Origin: Lama guanicoe
Lineage: Eukaryota
NCBI GenBank assembly: GCA_013239625.1
Contig: MU053432.1
Coordinates: 297,422-361,421 of the forward strand
Reading direction: 5' to 3'
Length of the DNA: 64,000 nucleotides
The notes beneath the pieces are model-generated. The model saw only the letters and a program-made list of their open reading frames with translations. It had not been told where the DNA came from and searched no databases. The position numbers and the translations under genes were made by a program. Below are positions 37,390 through 51,977 of the stretch, in pieces (the first letter of the stretch is position 1; each line of letters opens with the position of its first letter).

Positions 37390-40080
37390 ATTTTTTTCCT
37401 CACCAACTCTTTTGAGGAATAATTTGCCTATTGTAAGTTGCATCCAAAGTGTACAATTCAATGAGTTTTGACAGTTGTGTATGCCCACAAATCATCCCAC
37501 AGTTGAGATACACACCCCTTCCACCAACCCTAAAAGATTCCTCTAGCCCCTTCACACCCCACCCCGCCCTCCGTCCTTGGCATTTGCCACCTATCTGCTT
37601 TGCCCGTAGATTAGTTAGCATTTTATATAAAAGGGATCGTATAAATTGTATGTACTTCTTTTGTATCTGACTTTCTTCATTCAAATTTAAGATTCATCCA
37701 TGTTGTTTATATCAGTAAATAATTGTTAGTTTCTTTTTATGCCATATATTATTTGACCATTCTCCTGTTAATGGACATTTCAGTTGTTTCCAGTGTTTGA
37801 CTGTTGTGACTAAAGCTGTACAAACATCTGTACACAAATCTTTGTATGGACGTATGTTTTTATTTCTCATGGGTCTTACCGTGTTTATTGTTAATCCTTT
37901 CCCATCCATTTACTTTCAACCTATTTGTGTCTTTATACTTAAAGTGTATCTCTTACAGACAGCATGTAATTGGGTCTTGCTTTTTATCCATTCGGTTCAT
38001 CTCTGCCCTTTATGGAGCATTAACATTTATCAGAAGTATTGCTGTGGTTGGATTTAGGTCATTCTGTTTTTTGTTTGTGCTCATATTTTCCCTGCTTGCC
38101 TGATTTCTTTTAGATTATTAAACATTTTCTGAATTCTATTTCAACTTATCAGTTGTCATTTAGCTACATTTCTTTGCATTGTTTTTTAGTGGCTTCTCTA
38201 GGGATTACATTAACCAGTCTTAACTTATATTTAGAGTCAATATAGTACACTTCACATAAAATGTAGAAACCTCAGGACTACAGTTCTTTACATAAAATAT
38301 AGAAATCTTGAAGGGATTAAAATATATTTTTAAACTTTGTTGCAGTCTACTTAGAATTAATATAGAACCATGTCATGTAAAATATAGAAACTTTGCACTA
38401 GGTCCATTTATCCCCCACTCCACCACACACAACATTGTCTTTTTTTGTAGTTGTCATGTGTATTACATCTTAACAAGACAGTGTTATATTTTTGCTTTAA
38501 ACAATCATGTGTATATTTTTAAACTAAGAGAAAAATAGACTTTTATATTTATTATTTCCAGTGTTCTTCATTCATTCCTAAAGATCCAGCCAACTTTCCT
38601 TTGGGTATCATTTCCTTCAGCTCAGAGAATTTAGTACTTCTTGTAGCATGGTTCTTGTAATGACAAATGCTCTTAGCCGTTATTTATCTGAAAATGTATA
38701 TTTCACTTTCACTCTTGAAGGATGTTTTTCTTGTATGTAGATGTATGGGTTGACAGGATTCTTTCTTCTTTCAGCACATGAAATGTGTTGCTCCACTGTC
38801 TTCCAGCCTTCCATGGTTGCTCAATAAAAGTCACAGTCCTTAAATCACTTTCCCCTTTATGTAAAGGATCATTTTTCTGGATGCTTTCAAGGATTTTCTC
38901 TTTATGTTTGTTTTTCAGCAGTTTTACAATGATGTGACTAAGCACAGATTTCTTGTTCGGGCTTCACCGAGCTTCTTTAATCTGTACATTTATATCCATA
39001 ACCCAGTTTGGGAAATTTGCTGCCATTATTTCCTCAAATATTTTTTTCTGTCTTTTCACTCTCTGGAACTCCAATTACCTACATGTTAAACTTTTTTAAA
39101 TAGTTCCACAGTTCCCCAAGGCTCTGTGGTTTTCTGCTTGTTTGTTTGGTTTTGTCCAAACTTTTTTCTTTTTATTCTTCAGATTAGATGATCTCTGTTG
39201 ATCTACCTTTAAATTCACTGACTCTCACCTCTCATCTCCATTATGCTTTTAAGCTCATGTGGTGAATTTTTTGTTCAGATGTTGTATTTTTCAGTTCTAA
39301 AATTTCCATTTGGTACTTTTTTATATTTTCTATTTCTCTGTTGGTATTTCTTATCTTTTCATTTATTGTGAACATATTTTCCATTCCTTATTGAGCATAA
39401 TTTTAATTATGCTGCTTTGAAGTCCTTGTCTGGTGACTCTAACATCTATCTTTGTTATCTTAGGGTCTTTGCATCTATTGATCATATTTTCGTTTGAAAC
39501 TGAGTCATATTTTCTGACTCTTTGTATGCCAAAAGCTTTTGCATTGTATTTTGTGAATATTATGTTGTATAGACCCTGGATTCTATTATATTGCTCTGTA
39601 AAGTGTTTTGTTTTAGCAGACAACTAACTTTGTTAGACTCAGCCTGCAACATTGTGTAGGCCCCTCACTCAAATCTCAGTTCCATTCTTGAAGCCTACAC
39701 TATGAGCTGCTTTCAGTTTGTCCCACCCAGGGTCAGCTAGGTGCCTGGACTGTTTAAACACATAATTTAAGGCTCTCTGGCTTTGGCTTTTTCCAGGGGC
39801 TCTGGTTGCCCTAGGCTTCTTCCCCTGGTAATGCCAGTGAAAGACAGAGGCCTGACTATTGAAATTTTAGCTGTCCCTGCACTCCTGTGATGGAGGCCAC
39901 CCTCAAAGCCAAGGTGCAAAAAATGGGGAACTTATTCCTTGCTGGTGACTAACTCCAAATTTTAGCTTTTCTCACAAATCTTTGTTCAGTCTCCAGAGCC
40001 CTTGGGTAGCTGTTTTGTTTTGTTTTTTACTACTATCCTGAGTTTCTAGCTATGATTTACAGGAAGATCAGTCTGTTAGG
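37390..40080 (-). mobile_element. Old L1 antisense fragments (3'UTR, ORF1 and 5' region)
   Basis: Minus peptide HIIVKLLKNKHKEKILE...RQWSNTFHVLKE is ORF1-like. Confidence 0.8.
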
Positions 40081-42430
40081 CAGTGGGACCTAACCAGATT
40101 GGAAGGCCCTTATTTACTCTTGATCAGTTTACTGCTTTCTTTTTGCCTCCTCTTCCATCTTCTGTTCAGGTCAATAGGCTCAAGTTCTTCATCATTTCCC
40201 TCTGTGTCTTTAGGAGATTATGACTTAAAAGTTCTTATTAAATCTCAATTTTTCTTTCCTCCTCTTGTATCCCCCTCATCTACTGTTCTTGGGTCTTGCA
40301 CAGTTGTTTCTGAGCAAGCTTTGTCTGCTCTGACTATTTAGGCTAGTTGTTAACATCCTGTATTCACAGGCCTAATAGTACTGATTGTAGACTGGCCCAG
40401 GGAGGCTAAGATACAATTTCATAGTTTCCATAGTGGTTCTTGACATTTTGAGAATCTGATAAAAACTAAGGGCCTATCCCCTCCCCCCCCACCAAAATAT
40501 GCCTATACACACACAGATGAAATTATATACAATTTCAGGGGTTCCCAGAACCCCTGAAGCCCATCCATGACACCCAAAGACAGGTGACATGATGGTCATT
40601 TGGAAAGAAATAGGTCTGGACTATAGGTGAAGACTGTGGGACTGGGGAGGATGTGAAGGACCGGCCAGGAGCACCATCTTCCTGGGCCTCTCCTTTAGAC
40701 AATATATGTCAAGAGAGAAATACAGCCATTGTATATGTGTGTGTGAAAGAGTGAAATTCTCCCATATTAAGTACACTTCAGTTTTGTAGCCATGTTTTAG
40801 GGTTGACCTCTGAGACGGGCTGCTTTAGGCATGACCTTATTTTCAATCATTTGGCTTTCTTAGTCTTTTCCATTATTGTGGCCCTTGGAAAAGCTTAAAA
40901 AGAGCTCGGTGAAGGGTGTCACTGCTTGTGGCCACAGGGGGGCAGGGTAGGCCCAAAGTCTGAATGTGATTGCTGGCAGCCAGCTAGACTGCAACAGACT
41001 AGGCCTTCCTCACTTGTGACGAACGCTCAGATACTCAGAGCCAGCTGCACCTCCACGCCAGTAGCCAATGACCTTTCTAGTTGGTACCCTCAGTGTAACC
41101 AGTCTCACTGACTGCCCTGCTCACCAGTCAGTGTGCCGAGCTGTTCTTCAACACTAGAAAAGTGAGAAGTCCCCGCCCCTTCCCCCTAGTTTAGCACATT
41201 TTGTTGTATTTGTGAGGAACACAGTACTAGGTCTTGGTGCTCTTATATATGTTGATGGTGAGGGAGGAAGTCACCAAGAGAAGTAATCGGAAGAAAATGA
41301 GTTCCAAAAAAGGAAAGCACATTCTTTTCCTTTAAGAGCAAATCGTTTTGTTGATGACAGAAACGGAAGAAAATGCCATTTGTTGGACGACATGCCATTC
41401 AGAGCGAATTAGCTCACTTCTTATGCTTCCTATAACTATGAAATAGGTTGTACCATCTCCACTCTGCCCCAAGTCACATAGCTAACAACTTTCAAGCCGC
41501 AATTCAAACCCTGGTCTTTCCACTTCGTTCCACCACCCTTCATAAACTCACGACAAGATAAGAAATCCCTTCAGAAGAAACAAAGTAACAAGTGTCATTT
41601 GAATTGCCCACACAGAGGGCACAGATACCCAGGGGGTGCTGATTAAAGCCAAAGAAGGGGGTAGGGATGTAATTAAGCATAACTTCCTGGACAGTCCGTT
41701 CTGAGTTGAATTCTGGAGGAGCTGAGGCCCTGGATTGACAAGGGTAATAAAAGCACTGAGGAAGGAAGGAAGTCACATGGCAAGGAGGCTAACTTGGTTG
41801 AAGCAGAAGAGTTACAGGAAAAAGTAATGAGAGCTGAGGAGCGGGGAGCAGCTGTTTAACTCAACAGGCATTTGCTGAGCTTCAGCACTGCTGAGCTGGG
41901 GGCCCGGGGTGGGAGCATAGGCTTTCAGCAGGTGGAGATTGGGGGAAAGGTCTGAGCCACCACGGAACGAGGGGAAATGGGGGGTTTTGAGGAATAAGGA
42001 GTAACAAGTGGTACAGGATGAGTGAAGGGAAGAAAGAAGATGACAGTAGGAAGGCGGTGTGTGCATTTTAGCAAAGGAAGGATCTGACAAAGCCATGTTT
42101 CAGAGAAACTGACTGGTAAGAAGGATCGGAGGGGAAGGAATGGCATTTGATGGAACAGCCAAGAGGCCACTGCCATAACTCAGGCACAAGGAAATGAAGG
42201 ACTGGACCAGGGACAAAGAAAACACAAAAGAAGTTCTCTATCAAGAGTGTTCTGGTTTACACATTAGTCTTTAGCTTGTATAATGTGACTGTCCCTGAGA
42301 AGGTCCCTGCAAAAGTGAGGACTCAAATCTGAAGCACCTGCATGGCGATTCCCTGAGAATTTTTTCAAAGGAAGACGCTCTGTTCTGTGGCTCTTCCAAG
42401 AACCTGTAGGTTAAGAAGTTGGAAAGAACT

Positions 42431-44147
42431 CCACACCATATACAAAAATAAACTCAAAATGGATTAAAGACTTAAATGCAAGACATGAAACTGTAAACCT
42501 TCTAGAAGAAAGCATAGGCAGTAAGCTCTTTGATACCAGTCTTGGCAATATTTTTTTGGATATATCGCCTCAGGCAAGGGAAACAGAAACAAAACTAAAT
42601 GGGACTACATCTGAAAAGCTTTTGCACAGTGAAGGGAACTACCAACAAAATGAAAAGGCCACCACCCCCTGAATGGGAGAAGATATCTGCAAATGACATA
42701 TCTGATAAGCAGTTAAATCCAAAATATACCAAGAACCTATAAAAACTCATCATCAAAAACCAAACAACCTGAGTTTAAAAACAGGGCCTAAGTGGACATT
42801 TTTCTAGAGAAGACACACAGAGGGTCAACAGGCACATGAAAAGATGCTCAGCATCACTAATCATCAAGGAGATGCAAATCAAAACTACAGTCAGCTCACA
42901 CCTGTCAGGACAGCTATTATCAAAAAGGCAGTCGCAAGTATTGGCAAGGACGTGGAGAAAAAGGAACCCGTGGGAATGCAAATCGGTGCAGCCACTCTGG
43001 AAAACAGTATAGAGGGTCCTCCAAAAATTAAAAGAGAGCTACCATATGATCCAGCAATTCCACTCCTGGGCGTTTATCTGAAGAAAACAAAAACACTAAT
43101 GTGAAAAGATATATGAACCCGTATGTTCGTTGTAGCATTATTTACAGTAGCCAGGGTATGGAAGCAAGTGCCCATCAATAGATGAGTGGATAAAGAAGAT
43201 GTGGTGTATATATATACAACAGAATACTACACTGCCATAGAAAAAAAGAATGAAATCTTGCCCTTTGCAGCAACATGGATGGATCTAGAAGTTTTAGTCT
43301 AAGTGAAATAAGTCAGACAGAGAAAGACAAGTAATGTTAGATTTCACTTATATGTGGAATCTAAAAAAAAACAAAACACACAAACTAACTGAACAGAAAC
43401 AGAGTCACAGAGAACAAACAGGTGGTTGCCACAGAGGAGGAAAGTAGGGCGAGGAGAGACGTAGGTGAGGTAGAGCAAGAGGTACAAACTTTCAGTTACA
43501 AAATAAATGGGTCACAGGTATGAAATGTACAGTGTGGGGAAACTAGTCAATAATTATGTAATATCTTTGGTGCTGGATGCTAACTAGTCTTATCATGATG
43601 TTCATTTTGAGAGGTATAGAAATATCAAATCACTACAGCGTGTGCCAGGAACTAACATTTAGTTATACTGCACTAAATAGCAACAGGTCATTACACTGCC
43701 AAAGCAAACTCACAGAAAAGAGATCAGATTTGTGGTTACCAGAAGTGGGGGCGTGAGGGGGAATTGAAGGAAGGTAGTCCAAAGGTACAAACTTCCAGTT
43801 ATACGATAAATAACTACTAGTAAATATATTAGTAATATATAGTAAATGTATAGTCCATAACTATTTACTGTAAGATAAATAACTACATACTAATGCACAG
43901 CATGATAAATATAATTAGCACTGCTGTACATTACATATAAAAGTTGTTATAGAGTAAATCCTGAGTTCTTATCACAAAGAAAAATTGTCTTCTATTTCTT
44001 TAACTTTGTGTCTATATGAGATGATGGATGTTCACTAACTTATTATGGTAATCATTTCATGCTGTATGTAAGTCATATCATTATGCTGTACATCTTAAAC
44101 TTATGTGCTATATGTTAACTATATCTCAATAAAACTGAAAGGAAAAA
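42431..44147 (+). mobile_element. 5'-truncated L1 with long 3'UTR
   Basis: cacaccatatacaaaaataaactcaaaatggattaaagac...; 18-bp TSD with 2 mismatches AAGAAGTTG(GA/AC)AAGAACT (42413-42430 / 44148-44165). Confidence 0.93.
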
Positions 44148-45159
44148 AAGAAGTTGACAAGAACTTTAGCAACAGTGGTGGAGTGTCTGCAGGAAAGATT
44201 GGCAGTTTCCTTCACAGAGGCACCATGTTTCAGGCTTGGTTCTTCAGCTTTGCAGGATGAAAAAGCTGATTTTGTAAGCATCACCTTCTCAAGCTCAAGA
44301 CTGAAGTATAAGCCAGAATATTTTAGAAGGAGAACCATACATAGCTACTATCATCACCAAGAAGAGCAGAAACCTGACAAACACACCCTGCCGTGGGGAC
44401 GCATGGAGCCAGCACACCCTCCCCTCTGAGCCCCTCTTGGACGGCACTGCCAGCGTGTGCTGCTGTGGCTCCCTTCCTCTGGGCTCCATTTCTGGCCAAT
44501 CCTCCTCCCTTCTAATGGTCACATTCCTTCTTTGGATAAGCCAGGACCATCCACAGGCTCCAGCCAAATCTTGCTCTGGTCAGTAAGCCATCCTTCTTTC
44601 TTACTGTGACTGTTTTTCATTGGCCTTATCACTCTGTATTAATTTTATCATTTGACCATCTGAGGAAAACCCTCTTTTTCTCATTTCCAGATTCTTAATG
44701 GGAGATAACTTTGCTATTGTCCTCATATAATGCCCATGGTAGGAGTCTCTAATCTTCTACCCTTTCCCTGGGGAGAAAAAAAGAAACAATTATTTCTCTT
44801 CAAAATTCTGCTTGGACTCAAAGCAGTATTAACCTCTCTGCGTTTTGAGATCCTTTGCTCAGTTTCATTTCTTTAGTTCTGTGTCTGCGTCCTTATGCTT
44901 TAATGACTATTTTGCCTCCCTGAGAAGCAGCTGTCCAGTCAGTTCCATACTTGTTACTCAGGGTTGAACTCCAGGCTCAGAAAAATTACTTCTTATTTTG
45001 CCTGTGACAAAAGATGATTCACACTATTAAGAAGAACATTTCTCTCCACTTACGAGGAATGTTCCTTTGACAATGACCTCACGTTTATCACTGTAGTGCT
45101 TGAAAACATGGTGGGGCAGATGAAAGTTTAAGGAGGAATGGTCAAGAAAAACGTTGCTT

Positions 45160-45290
45160 GGGGGAGGGTATAGCTCAAGTGGTAGAGCACATGCTTCGCA
45201 TGCACAGGGTCTTGGGTTCAATCCTCAGGACTGCCTAAAAATAAATAAATAGATAAACCCAATACCCCCCAAAATTTTTTTTAAATAATA
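45160..45290 (+). mobile_element. Vic-1-like SINE
   Basis: GGGGAGGGTATAGCTCAAGTGGTAGAGCACATGC head and tail. Confidence 0.92.
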
Positions 45291-46249
45291 ATGTTGTTTT
45301 GTAAACTCTGTAAGTGCAAAGAGTATCATATATCTTTGTACAGTATTTCATCTTCTGTGTGATACATAATTACTATTAGTCTGTGTTGGAATAAATGAAA
45401 TGACTAGTTACCTAATGAATCCTTGTGACTATTCACAAAAGATGGTAGAGTTTTAGTAATACTAGTCGAAGAGAAAGGCATTTGGTGCCCCTTATCAGCC
45501 ACAGAATAAGTCGTGAAATGTGACATGAAGTCATCTAAGTCTCACCACACCTCCCCTGTGTGGGTGCCAACACTTTGGACTGAAGCCCTTTGTCCCTTGT
45601 GGAGAGCATGCCACCTCTGCAGACTTGTCCTCAGGAATGTCGTTCTAGAAATAAACCAGCTTTCTCCCCGGGATCCATGAGTCATACATAGAAGTTAATT
45701 CATTGGAGCAACTGACTTTTCTTAGGCCCTTTGTGGAAGTATTTCAGAGAGTCCCTCATGGTGAGGCAAAAAAAAAGTCGGGTTCCTCCTCGGTTTCCTC
45801 CCAGATCTTGTCTCATTTCCTGTCTCTCACCTTATATTTGGCTTTTACTGACAAACTTTACCTTCACACCCAAACCCCAATTCCTGAGCTAGTGTTGCCT
45901 GAGGAAGGAAGTAGGCTAGCAAAGGCTACCTGCCTACCTAGTTTCATTCATTCAGGTTTGGAGTCAAATCGCACTTCACCAGGCCACCCCGTCTTCTTGG
46001 CTGCTGACCATACTTGTGTGATTTAGTAAGTCAGCAGCAAACTTGTATCGTCTGTATCAGAAGGTGGAGCTCAGGAATTCATCTTTTTTTTTTTCTATGA
46101 GTCTTTTTAAAATTTAATTTTTATAACAGCAGTAATAGTTGAATACATTTTCACTGTGAAACAACAACATAAAACTGAAGGCCCCCTTGTTAATTGTCTT
46201 TAATTTGCATTGCTATATTATTTGGGGGCTGTTTTTGTACCCTAAAGTG

Positions 46250-46558
46250 GGGTTTTTTTTTGCTAATATTTTTTAAATTTATTGAGTTATATAGTCAGTT
46301 TACAATTTTGCATCAATTTCTGGTGTACAGCACAATTCTTCAGTTATACATGAATACACATATATTCATTTTCATATTCTTTTTCACCATGAGCTACTAC
46401 AAGATATTGAATATATTTCCCTGTGCTATACAGTATAAACTTATCTATTTTATATATACCAGTCAGTATCTGCAAATCTCAAACTCCCAGCTTACCCCTT
46501 TAACCTTGTCCCCACTGGCAACCACAAGTCTGTATTCTATGGCTGAGTCTGTTTCTGT
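46250..46558 (-). mobile_element. L1 3'UTR antisense, within older L1ME-like sequence (~46090-47030)
   Basis: tttattgagttatatagtcagtttacaattttgcatcaatttctggtg. Confidence 0.88.
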
Positions 46559-47089
46559 AAAATGTTTTTTACATGTTTTCTGTAGAATGTTTTACTCCTG
46601 TCCGCTATTAACACTTTGATGGTAGCCTTCCAGAGCTTTGTAAAAGGCATTTCCATACATATGTATGTACTCAGGCCAATAGTTTTATTTTTCTATAAAT
46701 AGGCTCATACTATACATCTTCTTCTAGAACTTTCTTTATTCACATACTATCTCCTGACTCTCCACGTCAGTACATTTAGCTTTACTTTGTTTGTTAACAA
46801 TAGCTTAATACTCCATCATTTGTGCCATAATGTATTTCAACATTCCCCTAATGATGGGCATTTGATTTGCTTCCTGTTTGGAATTTTGATTATCTGTTTT
46901 TATTACAATGCTGTACCGGACGCCTTCGCATGAGTCTGTGTGTGTGCTATCCAAGAATGTCTCTAGGCTGGATATCTAGAGGTAAAAGTTGATGGGTACA
47001 AAAGATGGGTGCATTTAAATTTTTATATTTTTCAAAATTTACAGTTAAACAGTCAAACACTTTAACCACTGCGTCCCTTTCTTCTGCAG

Positions 47090-47263
47090 AGAATTCTGTC
47101 TTGGGAACTGACATTGACCTTCAGACTGTAGACAATGATGTTGTCAGCATGGAGATGTTCTTCAAAGCCTGGCTACATAACAGTGGAACAGACCAAGAAC
47201 ACGTCCACCTTCTTCTTCCTTCACGGTGTCTCAGCAACATTTCCAGAGCCGGAGATAATCCAA
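47090..47263 (+). CDS. M1AP: M1AP exon 5
   Basis: cttctgcag acceptor; (E)NSVLGTDIDLQTVDNDVVSMEMFFKAWLHNSGTDQEHVHLLLPSRCLSNISRAGDNP; 174 nt; Trp codon at 47170 falls at c.676 (W226), as in human numbering. Confidence 0.95.
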
Positions 47264-49589
47264 GTACACACCCCCACAAAAGACGTATTACATAGATTAT
47301 GGTTATCCCAGTCTACAATTAGGACTCTAGATTGGTAGATCCCCAGAATACAGAGTAGTTGAAGTTTAGGGGTTGGAGGAGGATTGGATGAGGCTGTCCA
47401 GTGTAGGCATTGAGGAGTAAGAAGAGTAGTTCTAAAAAGTGACCACAGTTACAAAACTGAACTTAATTAAGCCCAGACAGCAAGGGCTAGTTAGTTTCAG
47501 CGTAAAGACTGAAATACCCCAATAACAGGGCATCAGCTACACTGCATAAGCACACAATGAGTCCTATATTTTCTCAGTCTTTCACTTTTGATGCAGCAGA
47601 CATTATCGACATTATAATTAGAGGTAAGGTGGTACCTCGGCAATATCAACAGGGCCCGTGAGGAGAGGAAAAGAACCAAAGGTAAGTGGAGATTAAATCG
47701 AGGACTTTTCAATAGGGAGACACCAAACTGAGGGGAACCGAAGCACCTGCAGAGGCAAAGCCCGAGGCCAGCGAGGTCCTGGCTGTTGCTCTGGCTGGCA
47801 GTGATGCTTAGTTCAGGTCCCACCAGACCATAGGACAAAGCCATTTCTAGAGTTCACCCCCTTTCGTGGTCGGCTTAGGGCCCAGCTCCAAAGAGAAGAC
47901 TTAAATTGTGTCTTCCCCTTTAGGAGGGGGCGCTCAATGAGAAAAAGGGGTATAGACTTCCACCCCCAAAGGAAAGACGTATCTTGGCGCTTGCTTTCTG
48001 GGGATAGCCTTCTGGCTCTTTCTCTCCCTCCCTCCCCACCCCCACCCTTCACCCCACCCCACCCTTGCCCCACTTTCAGTCTAGGGCCCCGGATGCATTT
48101 AGCAACTTAACCTTGATTTTACTGTCTTCAAGGCCAATAGTACCAATTGCTCCTAGTCGCATCCTCTGGAATTCACTTATCTATTTTCTTCCAGCCACTG
48201 TGTTAATTCCTTTCCCTGCATTATCCCATTTCAGCTTCATAACAACATGAGACAGGTACTGTAACCATATGTCATTGAATCTAAGATGCTATTAATGAAA
48301 AGATACACCATTATTTTATGTACCACTAAGAAAGAAAAACGCTGCCAATTAAATGTGACACAGTGCTTTTTTATCACTTATAAATATATTTTATCCTTAC
48401 TGAGTGAGTAGAGTAGTAAGACGAAGATTATCTGCCCAGTCAATGGTGATTAAGAGATACATACAGAGATGTTAGTTAAAAAAAGGAAGTCTTAAAAACC
48501 AATAAAAGTAATATTATCCCAGTTTTACAGAGAAAATTGAAACTTAGAGAAATTAAACATTTCCCCCAGGGCTGCACAGAAAATTCTTAGCCAAGCCAGA
48601 ATTCGAAGCCAGTCAACTCCAGAACCCATTCTTAACCCCTAGGACTAGAAATCTGTATTTTGTGCATTTTGTGCATTTGACTACTCTTCAGTCCAGAGGA
48701 CATTCATCAAACTCAGGTCTGTCACCTCCAGAGCCTGGGTCCTTACCAGCTACACAGCCTGCCTTGTGCTGGACAATTTTGAACCAAGAGTCTGCCTCCT
48801 GCTGGGCACTTATCTCATTAGGAGGGCTGGGGCCATCAAAAGCCAGGAACTCCTGCCACTAGCCTTCTTCCACTGTTGCATGGCGTTTGCCCATGGTACT
48901 GTTGAGAATTTCTTTGCTTTGCCCTCTATTTTTCCATGGCTTTCAGCACCAGCCAGAGCCAGAATGTTTATCTGCAGTCATTTTTCAGAAATCCACAGGT
49001 CTTCAGAGTGGGTGGTAGAACTTAGATCTGGACTTTTCTGCCCAGGAGGTCTTCACTGGAATCCAGATGCTCAGGCACAGGTGGAATGAGATCCAGGGAA
49101 GCAGGCCTCCTCTGGGGTGGGTGGGACACACACGCGAGTTTATACGAGCACAATAAAGATCATACTATAGCTATCCATTGTTTAAAAAAACTGATGCACA
49201 ATGGATTTCTAGAAATGTGACTCCCTACAGGAAAAACATAACAAAATACAACAAAACCCCTGAAGTCTCCTACTTTAGAATCTTTTGAGGACTGCTCCTC
49301 AGATGTTCACTTTGACTTCTCCTTATAAGGGTCTCCATCCAACACCACCTGCTTCTGTAGCTGCCTCAGGCCCTTAACCCGCTCTCTAGGGACTTCCCTC
49401 AGAGGCCTCTTTCTGACAGAGTGCACAGTCTGCCCCACATGAGTGTCTTGTGTTACCTCTTTGAGTTTGGGACCTGCCACCTCTGCACATGGGTTCTGCG
49501 TGGTGAGAAGCATACATGGTTCTAGACTCATTCCCTGCCTGCTAAAACATCTTTCCCAGCTTTGGGAACACTGCTGAGATTACAGTTCC

Positions 49590-49762
49590 AGGAGTTCTCA
49601 GCCCTAGCTGCAGGAAGAATCACATGAGGAACTTTTAAAAACACCGAAAACAGCTCCAGTCCCAGAGATCCCTGTTTCGTTGTTGTGAGTAGGGCCCAGA
49701 CCTCAGTACCTTTGACAAGCCCACTAGGTGATTCTTACTGCAAGCAGAGTTGAGAGCCTCAG
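49590..49762. mobile_element. MER5-like hAT-Charlie MITE
   Basis: gttctcagccctagctgca...gaatcacatgaggaacttttaaaa...aggtgattctta...gttgagagcc, quasi-palindromic. Confidence 0.7.
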
Positions 49763-50891
49763 CCAGATGAACACAGCTGTCTGGTTCTAAAGCCCAGGGA
49801 CCCAACAACCGAGAAGTCAGGCACAGAGGAAATGAGGGGCAGCTGGAGTCCTAGGCAGAGCCCCTCCTGCTGACTGCCACTCCAAGAGCCAAGAGCTGTC
49901 TCACCCCGAATTCACGTCTAGGTCTGATTGCTGCTCCCAGGAGGGCCAGCAAGAGCTGATATCTATTCTGACATCCTATTTTTTCCCCTACATTATTTCT
50001 ACTTCTGTTTTTACTTCATGTTGCACTTACTACAGTCATTTCATAAATCACTGACATCAACCTCTAGCCTTCTCGCAAGTACTCAACTTTCATACATTCC
50101 TAGTTTAATAGTATTCATATCTGATACATATTTTATTAAAGACCTTCGTAGTATCAAGGATTCAAGCCTAGCACAACAGAACATCATACACAGTGATGTG
50201 AATACACCTGTTGGAGCTGAAGCTTAATACAAGAGTATAAATCCTCCGTGAATAACCCACACATAGTTGAAGCCCCCCCAGAACTACTTACTGTCTGTTG
50301 CCACGGTGATGCTCCAAGGCCCAGAAGTTTCCATTCATTTGGGGAATTAAACCTAAGCTATTTCAGGAACTTACCCCTCCCCTCCCCCTCCCCCGAACGT
50401 CCCTAGAAGTGCTCACACAGAAACGGTAGCTATCAGCTGACCACCTGACTTCTGCTTCTCTGCTCTTCCCTCGTCTAACCTGAAGTCTTGCCAAAGCTGA
50501 GCCACAGGGAAGCAGCAGAGGCAAAATTTCCTTCTGTGATTACCAGAAGGCCCTGCCTGTTGCAGTGTTAGCTGCCCCTACCGCGGAGGACACGTGTTCC
50601 TCCCAGACTCCATCACAAGCCAGATCTTTCACCATGAGCTGCTCAGCCAACCCAGAAGTAAAACATAAGAATCATGTCGGACCCAGAAAATAAGTCTCCT
50701 ATTGTGTAGAGCAATACTGTTCCAGACCTGCTCTGCCTTCCCAAACCAATTGTACTTTCCTCTCTCCCCTCCCAGCCGCTACTTGCCTGGTGAGGGCAGA
50801 ATGTGTGGCAGGTGTTCTCTCTTAACCGTATATATAGCCTCAGGTTACCTGGGACAAACAGTCTCTCCCCCAGTACTGCTTTTCATTGCAG

Positions 50892-51054
50892 TGTGCCTGA
50901 AATGTGATCTCCAAGAGCGACTTCTCAGCCCGTCCCTGCTCCCTGGCACAGCTGGTGGCTCCCTGCGGATGGATGACCCAAAAGGAGACTTCATCACACT
51001 CTACCAGATGGCTTCCCAGTCGTCAGCGTCTCGTTACAAGCTCCGGGTGATCAA
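50892..51054 (+). CDS. M1AP: M1AP exon 6
   Basis: tttcattgcag acceptor; (M)CLKCDLQERLLSPSLLPGTAGGSLRMDDPKGDFITLYQMASQSSASRYKLRVI(K); GTATGT donor; 163 nt. Confidence 0.96.
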
Positions 51055-51977
51055 GTATGTTCCATTCCATGCAAATGCTTATTCTTATGGGTTCCAGAAC
51101 TAGGAAGTCCAGAGATAGAGGGCATCCCCAGGTGTCGGGCAACAGGAGGTCAGTTCCAAAGCAGCAACGGCGGGTATGGGTATGAAAGAGCAAGGTCAGT
51201 CTGCTCAGTGTGTGGAGTTGAATGAGGAGATGGTGGGAGATGTGCCTCAGTAGGACATTCTGAGGTCTGGATGAGGACTGAAAATCCAGAAAGTCTCTGA
51301 ATGCAGAGAAAAACAAGATCAGCAGAAAGATGTTTATCCATTCAGTAAGTGCTATTGAGTACCTACTTTGTTTAGACATCAGGACAGAGATCTGACCCTC
51401 AAGGAGCAAGTGGTACATAAGATCTACTCCACCTTCCCATTTCTTTAAGTACTAGAATTCCTGCTTCCAAGAGAATAAATGCCAGGGTGGAATTAGCAAG
51501 GATGGCAAAGACCACTTTCACTGTTTCCTAGATCCTATCACATGCCCATGTACAGGTACCTGAGTAAGCTTGACCATGAATGCTGCTGGGGAACCTTCTT
51601 AAGTGCATCCTTTTCTGAAATGCATCTTCTGTCAGCATTTTGCCACAAAAAAGCCAGGTCTGGGATGCAGATGGTTAACATACTGCTGTGTAATACGGTT
51701 GCTGCAGCAGGAGTGAATGGAACAGAATGAGCTCAGGAGAGGCAACACCCATCAGAGTCATGAAACCTCATGATGGCTGCGCCATTTAACAGGCTCTGAG
51801 ACCCTGCTGTGGGCCAGAGACCTTGCTAGGTGCTGGCCATACTAAGCTGAGTAATTCACAGGCCCCAACCTAAAGGACTTCACAGTAGGGTCTTGGACTT
51901 AAGCTGAATTTAAGTGGATCTGGGTCAAGGTTCTGGATATCACTGAGGAGACTTTCACTGCCATTGTCTTTTCCCAG

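Noticed and set aside
40930..41420. Possible intronic promoter or enhancer (GC box, CGGAAG, AAAATG motifs)
   Set aside because: Only short motifs expected by chance, with no CpG island or other support.
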